Shown here: one piece after another, positions 53,396-64,000 of the stretch
Position numbering within the stretch: the first letter of the stretch is position 1
How the letters are laid out: every line of letters starts with the position of its first letter
From: Eledone cirrhosa
Taxonomy: Eukaryota
Assembly (NCBI GenBank): GCA_964016885.1
Contig: OZ024744.1
Span: forward strand, 108,314,001-108,378,000
DNA: 64,000 bases
Reading direction: 5' to 3'
Notes under the pieces: generated by a model
Seen by the model: the letters and a program-made list of their open reading frames with translations, nothing else
Database searches by the model: none
Told to the model about the DNA's origin: nothing
Translations under genes and position numbers: made by a program

Positions 53396-53443
53396 TTGTG
53401 TGTTTGTGTGTGTGTGTGTGTGTGTAAATAGATAGATAGATCG

Positions 53444-53554
<111 letters not shown>

Positions 53555-53783
53555 GAGAGATGGGGAGGGCGCGAGAAAGAAATTTTGAGGAATTAGATCG
53601 ATTTGATGGTGGCGGTAGAAAAGCCAACGTAATTTTTCGATGAAGCTTTTTTTAAACTGCTCAACGTAAGCTTGTGTCACGCGAGTGAGAAACATGCTAC
53701 GAAGCACATCATATTGATGGAGATAAGAGGGGGATAGCAACCAAGAAAAATCTAAGAATTCTATCAGTTATATATATATATAA

Positions 53784-53832
<49 letters not shown>

Positions 53833-53860
53833 TAGATAGTTAGATAAATAAATATATATG

Positions 53861-53906
<46 letters not shown>

Positions 53907-53914
53907 TATAGATA

Positions 53915-56900
53915 AATTTCTTTATTTGCCACAAGGGCGCACAAGAAAAGGGGACAATACAAAGACATGCCGGGGATTTTACATACAGTCGTGTAAAAAA
54001 ATATATATAAAACAAACAATTATAACAATCGAAAGCCCCAATAGGGGGGAGGCGTCACAAATGGGTTGTTTAATACCCCGCCAATAGAACAACCCTCAAC
54101 TTCAGGAGCGTGTTGTGCAAGTGCTCCTTTCTTCCTTTTGCTCTCTTCCTCAACCTACAGGCTTATATACAGAAAAGGCCCAATCACTCGGGCTATTTTC
54201 GCTTCATTCACCCACCTTTCAGTAAATTTACTGGGGTGCAGTGCCTCTCTCTCCACCCTGATTCTCCTTCTAAAGTGATACTTAAAGAAGGGAATAAATT
54301 GTTGTCCGGAGAGAAAGGCATCTGTCCTCAGTCCTTTCAACCTCGTCCACCATATAACTTCTTTCACCATAGCCACCGTACAGAGGAAAACCGCCTCTCT
54401 TTCGTTTTTGAAAGAGGCTGGCGGTTTGATCCTTACTATGGACTCGGCAGTCAACTGGATTTGTCTCATACGCGACAGCAGTTGTTCTGCATAGTTCCAC
54501 AGGTCGCTTCATGCCCGGGCAGTGTACAATTGCGTGCAGAACTGTTTCAATGTCCTGCGCACATCTTGGACACGTCCTCTTGGAAGGATCCCTGCCAGGG
54601 CATCCGTGCCTGTAGATCTTGTCACGAACCGGTAGAGCTCCTCGGTAGCACTGCCAGGCCAGGGACCTCTGGAAGTTGTCCATAGGTCCCGGGCGGAAAG
54701 TCCTACCAAACAGACTGGTGAGCTCATCGTCTTCGACGCCCAGAGTCTCTCCGAGCACGTCGTCGCCCTTGTAACGTACAATCCCTCTATAGAATGTCGA
54801 AGTGGAGTCTCCACTGATTGCTGCGCCCGCTTGCCAGAGGACTGTGAGCGCCTGAGCGCATTCAATGTGCCAGGCGCCCATCGTTTTCGGTCTTTTCTTC
54901 ACCCAGGACTGCAGCTCCGTTAGCGAGACGAGCTGTGGGAAAGCCTGTCTCACAAACGGTGCCCACACCGGTTGGGGGTCGGTGAGGAATACCTGGAGAT
55001 GCCGCAGCCTCAACACATGTTTGCGCATCATCAGCCACGGCATTCCCAGCCCTCCGTTGGAAGGGTGCTGACAGCAGACGGATCTCCTCACCAGCAGAGC
55101 CTGCTTCTCCCACAGAAACTGGAAGAGCATGCGTTCCATCTTGGCGAGGTGTTCACGGGGACAAGGCACGACAGTCAAGCGGTAGTAGATGACGGACGCT
55201 ATGAAAGTATTCGCCACCTCCGCTCGACCTTTCAAGGTCAGTTTGCACTCTGCCCACATCTGGGTGAGTGCAAACACCTTGGCCGTGACCTCGTTCCAGT
55301 TTTTCTCCACCTGGAGGTCTGGACCGAACCAGACCCCGAGCAATTTCACCGGTCCGTCCGTCCAGCGTCCAACGACGCTGTCGGACGTCATCGGTTTGCC
55401 TCTCCACGTACCGAGTTGCAAACCGACAGACTTGTCCGGGTTTAGTTTTGCTCCCGTCAGCGTTTCGTATTCTTTCAGTAAGTTGCCGATCACCCCGATT
55501 TCCGAGGTGCTCGACACCATTACCGTCACGTCATCGGCATAAGCCGACGCCGTTTTGCGCAGTCCCGGATCTAGAATGATGCCCTGCAACAGCTCCAATT
55601 TCCGCAGTAGTGGCTCTAGAGTCAATACATACAGAATGGAGGAGAGAGGGCACTCCTGTCGAATGGAACGCGTGATTGCGAACGGCTCCGATAGGTAGCC
55701 GTTCACCTTGACCCTCGAGCAGATGCTGGTGTGCATCACCTCGATCCAGCCTCTGAAAACGGGACCGAAACCGGCCGCCTTGAGAACTGCTTCCAAGTAT
55801 CGATGGTCGACCCTATTAGACTGATCTAAATTGATCAGAGCCCCACCCTCTCTATGATGTATCGCATCAGGTGGAGGTTGTCGTGTATGGACCTGGTCGG
55901 GATTGCACACGTTTGCGCTTTCCCTACCAGGTTCTCGACGACAAGCGCCAACCTCGTCGCTAGCACCTTGGCCAAAATCTTTAACTCTGTGTTGAGCAGA
56001 GTTATGGGCCTGAAGTTGTTAATTTCGTCTCCCTTGTTCTCGTCTTTCCTGATCAGCGTCACTACGCCCCTGTCTGCAGAACTGGGAATTCTCCCGTTCT
56101 GCTGCTAATTGCAGTAGACGGCTTCGAGGACGCCAGAGAACAAGTCCGGCATGCCTATGTAAAACTCATAGGGTATACCATCTAGACCGGGGGACTTGCG
56201 TTTCCTGCAGCGGCCCAGAGCGTCCCGTAACTCAGTCTCCGTGATCGGTCTTTCGCAGAACTCGGCGTTCATGTTCGAGAGACGCGGCAGGCCGTCGAGG
56301 TATGAACTAAAGTCCATTGCCCCGTTCGGCTCACCGTCGTTCTGCTCAAACAGTCGCGCAAAGTGCTGCTGAAAGTCCTCGCACTTTTGCTTGGGGTCAA
56401 GTAGTACGCCTCCGTTTTGGTCTTTTAAAGACCGAATCGTGGACTTGTTGCCAATTTTCGCCTCCGCCACTTGGGCCCAGCTGACAGCTTTCGCTCCTTC
56501 GTTTCCTAGAGCACGTGTTTTGCTTCTTCGTGTTTCGGATCGAAGAACTGGTCCAGTGCTGTTCTCGACACTAACACGCTAGCCGCGTTGCCACTTCTAA
56601 GTGCCTCCTCTACCTTGGCTACTAGTTCTCTTTCTATTTTATTTTTCTCTAAGGCTAACTCTCTGCTATACCCTATCGATTCCATTCTAATTGCTTTCTT
56701 GAGAGAGTACCACCATTTGTTGTTGACGATGGCTCCCGTTAACTGTTGCTTGACTAGTCTACTTATCCGTTCACCGTAAGCTTTACGTGCCGGCAACGAC
56801 ACGTTCAGCTTCCAGTATCCGGGTCCTTGTCTATGTATTCTATCACGGTTGACTAAGCAGACGACTAATTTGTGATCTGAATAGGCAACCATGTGCATTC

Positions 56901-59650
56901 GTGGACTGCTTAACATCTCCTTGTCCCTCTCTCTAATGAAGAACCTATCTAAATACGATCTAAATGTCCCGCTGCGGTTTGCCCACGTCCACTGTGGCGC
57001 AGTCGGGAAATCCAGTTGATACCTATCGGCCAGTTGGAATTGGCCGATTAAAGTTTTGAGGCTGTTGCACCTCCCTCTACTGGGACATGTTCCTACATAG
57101 TCCCATCGTGCATCTAGGATACCATTCCAGTCCCCCACTAAAAGTAAGGAGCGAGACGTTCCCATAAAAGACTCTAGGCGCTTAAAGAAGTCTGGCCGTG
57201 ATTGCGATTGCCCGGTCGGGGCATAAACGGCCACCAGTCTGAAGGCTCCACCTCCAATACTGTTCACGTCTAGGACTACCAGTCTACTTGCCGGGTCCAA
57301 GTGTACTTGCTGTACTCCGACGTCCAGGTTCTTCCGAAACATGACAGCCACTCCCCCTCCACCTCCTGGCTGACAGAGATGCGTAGATCTCAAAGTCGTC
57401 GAAGATGGGGGTTAGTTGCTGCCTGTTGTGGATCCTGGACTCGGTGATGGCTATCACATCCATACCGTGTGACCCAAGGCCGTTTAAAAGTTGGCCCTGT
57501 TTCCAGGGCATCCCTAGGCTACGTACATTCACGCTTCCAACTCGTAAACTAGCCATGTTGGTGAAGAAGAGTTGGAGAAAAAGGACGAAAGGTGCACTTA
57601 CCTTTTCATTTCCTGGGGATCGGGTTGTTCAATCTCCATTGGGGTGCTGAATGGGGTGTTGGGTGGGGTGGGGAAACATTTTAACAGGACGCGGTTGATG
57701 GGTTTCTGGCAGGGGTTGTCCACGTCCTGTGAAAATTTATTTTTCAGGTCATTATAGGTTTCCATAGAAACCCTTATAAGTTTAAGGTGTGGAGACGATT
57801 CTGCTTTGACGAAAGTTTTGCCCTCCGTCTGCACCTTGGGGTTTTGGGAGATGACCTCCATCAAACTATTGTTGTTTGTGTTGATGTATGCGTATTGTTT
57901 TTGTGTTTTTGTTGTTTTGTATTAGTTTGTTGTTCGTCCGGGAGTTTTCTTTTTATGGTGGGTGCTTGTGTTTGGGGTGGTGGTGGTATTGGTTTTGCTG
58001 GTAGGGGGGATGTTTGACTGTGGTGTTGTTTGTGTTGTTGTTTGTGTCTGTGGTTGTGTGTTGGTGTTGGTGATTGGAGTTTTGGGGGTTTTGTGGTGGC
58101 CCTTTTTTTGTTTTTTAGATTTCCACGGTTCTCCTTCTTCATTTAAAGAAGGAGAAACAGCCTCATCTGTTGATGAATAATCATCGTCAGGAGTGTGGTG
58201 TGGTGATAGTGTTTCGAGAGTGTGTTTGTGGTAGTGTTTGATGGAGTGGGATGGGGTGGGGCCGTGTTCTTCAGGGGTGTTGTCTCTGTTTTTTCTGTTG
58301 TTGTTGGTTGAGTGTCTGTTTGTTTTGGTGTGGTTGCTCGCTTCGTCTGTCGTTGTACTTGTGGTGGTGGTGGTTGTTTTGGTGTTGGTGTTGGTAATAG
58401 TGTTTTTTTAATGATGTTGTTGTTGTGTGTTTGTGAAGAACAGGAGGCTTTTAGGTGTGCCATACCACAGCGAAAGCAATAAAATTTTCGTCCTTCTACC
58501 GAAATGTTTATTTTGTTGTTGTCATCGATGGCGACTCTTTCGGGTATTTTGGAGATTCTCTCCGGTTTCATTTGCAACAGAATCTCCAAATCAGTACCCG
58601 CCCACCTTTGTCGAATAGATTTTCTTATCGAAAGAATCATATCAGTTTCTGGTTCTACGAAGCCAGCCAAGATCCACCAGATGTTAATGTTTGATGGTTA
58701 TATTTCTTATTTTTATTTTTTGTGTCGTTTTCCCCATGTATGTAGGGGAAAAGGTCAATGCTTTTGACACCATTGGTGTCACAGAATGTTTTGGGGCGGA
58801 AACACTTCCGTACTGTTTTCCTCGTTGGAGAAAGTCGATATTTGCTAGAATTTCCTTGAAAGTAGCTTCTATATCTGTTTGACTAACAAATATCGGCTTT
58901 CTTGTGGTATTGGATACTATCCGAAAGGTCATTGTCCTTCGAACTGTATCGTCTTTTATTTCGAGGGTGAGTTAATTCTAAACCCACATTTCTCTTCGAA
59001 AGTTACACATTTTCTCCCTTGCTGGAGCATATCTCTTGCATTGGAGATGTCAAGATTTATAAAATCTTGTTTTTTGTTCACTGTTTCAGCGGTGTGTGGT
59101 GTTGCTGTTGTTGCTGTTGTTGTTATCGTTGTTAGCCTCGGTGTTGGAAATCTCAGTTCCTTGACGAGGTGAAACTTTATGTGTAGATGTATCTGTGGAG
59201 TTGTTGATGTTGACTTTTTCATGTGTTTGTATGTTAATAGGTTTAATTCCTGAGTTTTCATTTCTCTCCGCTTCGACGGTAGAAATTGTACAATCTTCAA
59301 GTAGTAATATTTTCCCTCTTTGTTGACAGTCGTATCTATGGCGACTTCCATAGTAGCAGAAGCAGATATAACGTTAAAATCTGCCTCTTTCTCTCTCTTT
59401 TCTCTGTCGGCGTTCTCTAGCGTTCTTTCCGTGTTATTCATATTATATAGTTGGCAAAATTTGATATTTTAAAACAATTTTTAAATTAAATTTTCGCCCC
59501 TAAAGAGGCGAAAATTGGGATTATCACCCAGCTGACAATTCAGCTTAGGGGTTAATCTACAAAATAATATGTTTTTTCAAACAATTTGTTCTGTTTTTCG
59601 TATATAAATTTACAAAAAATCTTACCGGCGATGTTTCACGCGTCAGTGAG
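53915..59650 (-). mobile_element. Full-length L1/Tx1-clade LINE (5' UTR, ORF1 with CCHC, ORF2 APE-RT), frameshifted, between (TATC)n tracts
   Basis: ORF1 pieces 57598-59441 (CFRCG.AHLKASC). ORF2 starts at 57556 (SVNVRSL, ITESR, VGDWN, YSDH, YADD). 3' end AAATAAAGAAAT-(TATC)n. Confidence 0.92.
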
Positions 59651-59674
59651 ATAGATAGGTAGATAGATAGATAT

Positions 59675-59708
<34 letters not shown>

Positions 59709-59711
<3 letters not shown>

Positions 59712-62700
59712 TTTCATTTTATTTGCCACCAGGGCATCAAAAAGTGGGACAAGTACAATGGGGGGAGTTTACATAACAAGGCGTCCTCAATAAGGAGGAG
59801 GCAATAACAAAATATAAAAATAAATATAACAAAATAAAATTTATAACAAAATCCTCAATAGAGAGGAGGCACACTCGGTGTGCCAGGCGCCCAGTTTCCT
59901 CCGCCTTTGCTTGACCCAGGATTGCAGCTCGGTGAGTGAGACGAGTCTGGGAAAGGCTCGCCTCACAAACGGGGCCCACACCGGTTGACCGGTGAGGAAT
60001 ACCTGGAGGTGCCGTAGCCTTAATGCGTGTTTACGTATCATTAGCCACGGCATCCTCAGCCCTCCTTTCGAAGGGTGTTGACAGCAGATGGATCTCCTCA
60101 CCATAGGAGCCCGCTTCTTCCAAAGGAATTGGAAGAGTGCGCGCTCCATTTTGGCGAGCGTTTCCCTTGGGCAAGGTACAACGGTCAGGCGGTAGTAGAT
60201 GACGGACGCTATATAAGTGTTCGCCACCTCCGCCCGACCTTTCAGGGACAGTTTGCACTCGGCCCACTTCTGGGTCAGTGCAAACACCCTGTTCGTTACC
60301 TCACCCCAGATCTTCTCCACCTGGAGGTCTGGTCCGAACCAGACCCCGAACAACTTCACCGGGCCCTCCGTCCAGCGCCCGACGACGCCATCGGAGGGCA
60401 TCGATCTGCCCCTCCACGTGCCGAGTTGCAGACAGATCGACTTGTCCCGGTTCAGCTTAGCCTCTGTAAACCTTTCGTACTCCTCCAGTAAGGTGCCGAC
60501 CGCCCCGATTTCCGAGGCCGTCGACACCATAACTGTTACGTCGTCGGCGTAGGCCGACACCGCTTTCCGCAATCCCGGTTCCAACGGGATGCCCTGCAAC
60601 AACTCCAACTTCCTCAGCAGTGGCTCTAGAGTCATCACATACAGAAGGGAGGAGAGAGGGCACCCTTGTCGGATGGACCGCGCGATTTCGAACGGCTCCG
60701 AGAGGTAGCCGTTCACCTTGACCCTAGAGCAGATGCAGTATTTAGCAGAGTTATGGGCCTGAAATTATTTATATCGTCCCCCTTGTTCTCGTCCTTCCTC
60801 ACTAGCGTGACTACGCCCTTGGTCACAGCACAGGGTATTCTCCCGTTCTATTGCCAGTTGCAGTAGACCACCTCGAGGAGATCGGGGAAGAAGTCCGGCA
60901 TAGCTAGATACAGTTCTTATGGAAGACCATCGAGACCCGGGGATTTGCGTTTGCCGCATTGGCTCAGCACGTCCTCTATCTCAGCGGCTGAAATCGGCTC
61001 CTCGCAGGACTTCGCCTCCCTGTCCGAGAGACGCGGCAGACCGTCGAGGTATGGACCGAAGTCCACATCCCCAACCGGCTCCCCGCTCCTTCCGAACAAT
61101 CCGGCAAAGTGCTTTTGAAAAGCCTCGCACATCTGCTTAGGTTCAAGGATCACCCATCCATCCTGGTCTCGCAAAGACCGGATAGTGGATCTGCTCCCTC
61201 TTTTGGATTCTGTCACGCGGGCCCAGCTAACAGCTTTGGTCCCCTCGTTTCCCAGAGCACGTATTTTGCTTCGGACGATGCAGCCTTCATGTTTCGCGTC
61301 GAAGAACTGGCCCAGGGCCGTTCTCGACGCTAGCACTCTGGCCACGCCGCCGCTTCTAATTGCCTCTTCTACACTATCTAGCAGCTCCCTTTCCTTCCTA
61401 TTTCTATTTGAGGCTAACTCCTTACTAAATTCTATAGAGACTACTCTAATCTCTCTTTTGAGAGATCCCCACCACCTGCTGTTGACGATGGCGCCCGTCA
61501 ACCGCTCCTTAACTAAAGTGCTAATCCGGTCCCTGTAAGCCTTACTTGCCGGTAAGGACAAGTTGAGCTTCCAGTAACCGGGTCCCTGTCTATGCGTTCT
61601 GTCAAGGTTGACCATGCAGCTCACTAAGTTGTGGTCTGAATAGCCAACCATGCTCATTTTTGGACAACTTAAAAAGTCCTTAACCTTATTTCTAACTAAG
61701 AACCTATCTAGGTACGACCTAGATGATCCGCTGCGATTTGCCCAAGTCCAGGTTGGCGCAGTCGGAAAATCTAGTCGATATCTATCGGCCAGGTCAAATC
61801 GACCGATTAACCCTTTGAGACTATTACACCGCTCTCTATCGGGACAGGCCCCTACGTAGTCCCAGCGTGCATCTAGGATACCATTCCAGTCCCCCACTAA
61901 TAGCAAGGAGCGGGACGTCCCTAGAAAAGTCTCCAGACGATGGAAGAAGTCCGGCCGCATTGACCCGAAAGGGTCGTAGGCGGCTACCAACCTAAACGCT
62001 CCGCCTTCACCACTGCCAAGGTCCAGGACCACTAGTCGACCCTCCGGATCCAAATGTACCGTCTGTGTTGCGAGACCCAGATGTTTTTGCAGCAGAACGA
62101 CAACCCCACCCGCACCTCCGGGCTGACAGAGAGATGCGTGCATCTCAAAGTCGTCAAAGGTGGGGGCCAGCTGTCGCACGTTGCTGATCCGGGCCTCGCA
62201 AATAACCATCACATCTATACGTTGTGATCTGAGGTCATTTAGAAGCATTGCTTGCTTCTAAGTTGAGCCCAGGCCACGCGCATTTAAACAGCCTACTCTT
62301 AGCATAGCCATGTTGGTGGGGAAGAGAAAAGGCACTTACCTCTCTGCGTCCCGGGTATCGGGCTGCACAATTTCCATGAGGGTGGGGGATGGGTTGTTGG
62401 GTGGGGTGGTGGTTTGTGGAAGTGTAGGGGCATCAGTGTGTTGTGTGGTTGGGGTGTTTGGAGTTGTGTGAGTGTTTGGGGAGGGGGTGGCGTAGTTTTT
62501 TTAGGAGGACGCGGTTAATGGGCCCGATGCAGGGGGGGGGGGGGGGGGCACGTCCTCTTTAAAGTTGTCTTTTAGAGTTTTATAAGTGTCCTTTGGGGCC
62601 TTAATCATTTTGAGGTGGGGGAAATCCCCTGCCTGGGTGAAGTTAGGCCCTTGGGTTTTTATTAAATTGTTGTTGTACACAATGTTTAACAGTTTTTTGT

Positions 62701-64000
62701 TTCTTGTGTTTATGTATGTGTATGCATGTTTTTGTTTTTGTGTGGTGTTTTTTGTTGTTTGCTGTTGTTGTGTGCTCTTTTGTGTTGGTGTCAGTGTTAT
62801 GTTTTGAGAGGGGGTTGTTTTCATTTGTGTGTCTGAGGTGTGTTTTCTTTTTTTTCTTTTGATTGTGTGGAAGTGCTCCTCCTCGTATGACGATGAACGA
62901 GGGTCATCTTCCGCGTTGGAGGGGAGGGGTATATTTTCGGGTTGTGTTTGCGGTGCGGGTGTTTTGGGAATTTTTTTTTTTGAGTGGGGGGGATGGGTTG
63001 GACATTGTTTTGTTTTGGTTTGAACTGTGGTTGTTGTTTTTGTAGTGGTGGTTGTGGTGGTTGTGCAGTTGTTGGTGGTGTAGGCAGGATTGGGGTTTTC
63101 TTATTAAGTTGGGGACAGACAGCCCTCAGGTAACCTCTGGTTCCACAGAGGTAACACGAGGGCCGCCTACCCTCAACGGTAATGTTGATGAAAATTTGAT
63201 CATCCAGTATGACGCGTTCAGGGATCTGGGAGATCCTTTCGGGCCTCATTTGAACTACAAGTTCGAGGCTCGTTCCACTGAACGCGTCACCCGATGCCTT
63301 TCCCATGGACACCAGCGTGTCATCATCCAGGATCAGGAAACCTGTCAAAACCCACCATATGTCCATAATCGGCAGGATGGTGTGGATTTTTATTTTTTGT
63401 GTCCTTCTACCCATGTACGTAGGGTAGAAGGTGTATGCGGTGGATGTAATTGGTTTGATGGACAGTTTCACTGCTGTGTCCCTGTCCTTCATGAGAATGG
63501 ATAGACTCCCGTAGAGTCTATCCTTCTGAATGAAGGTGATGTCCTTCATGACATCTTTTAAAACCAGCTCTATCTCACTCGGTGATGGTTGAGCTGGTTT
63601 TTTGCTTTTATTTGAGATTGTCCTAAACATGACAGTGTTTAGGAGTCTCTGGCTTTTTAGTTCCGGGGGGAGGGGGAGTGGATCGTAAATGCACCATTTT
63701 CCCCGTACACTATATATTTTTTGGCATCTGCCAGTAGCTCCTTCGCTTTGGTTATATCTACTGGCAGATAGTCGAGGGTTTTCCTTGCCGTCTGGGCGAA
63801 GGAGACCTTTTCCTTGTTTGTGTTGCTGTTGTAGTTGGTGGTGTTGTTTTTATCATTGTTGTTGTTATCACAGTTATTGGTCTTGTTGTTGTTGTTATTG
63901 TTATTGGTGTTGTTTTCGTCCGTAGCATTATTGTTGTTGTTGTTGTTGCTGGTGCCGCTCGTTCTTTGGTTTGTTGTCATGGCAACGTCAAGTTGTTGGT
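59709..64000 (-). mobile_element. Diverged L1/Tx1 copy in tandem upstream, with two internal deletions (near 60738 and 59870); runs off the window end
   Basis: ORF1 CYLCGTRGYLRAVC; APE 60917-62311; RT 59841-60716. Its 3' end joins (TATC)n at 59651-59708. Confidence 0.9.

Overview
This is eukaryotic, repeat-saturated genomic DNA with no supportable host gene. The tRNA-derived SINEs resemble abundant octopus/cephalopod SINEs (inference from recall). Main contents: (i) R4/Dong-clade RT-RLE retrotransposons inserted head-to-tail in (TAA)n, including an intact 1130-aa ORF at 43566-46958; (ii) five L1/Tx1-clade APE-RT copies abutting (ATT)n or (TATC)n; (iii) RTE and other LINE fragments, Penelope remnants, a Tc1/mariner relic, non-autonomous Helitrons, SINEs, and mini- and microsatellites. 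Signals the ORF track does not show: a 442-446-bp tandem array with an intact minimal hammerhead ribozyme at each unit junction (retrozyme-like, 31170-33066); a second, ~1.3-1.5-kb non-coding hammerhead-bounded element present twice; a divergent inverted insertion architecture shared by all three of these insertions; a perfect AG|GTAAGT splice-donor motif at the ORF1 stop of three diverged Tx1 copies; and a ~0.7-kb 5' leader shared by two distant Dong families. All alignments and RNA pairings were done by eye; no searches or folding programs were run.
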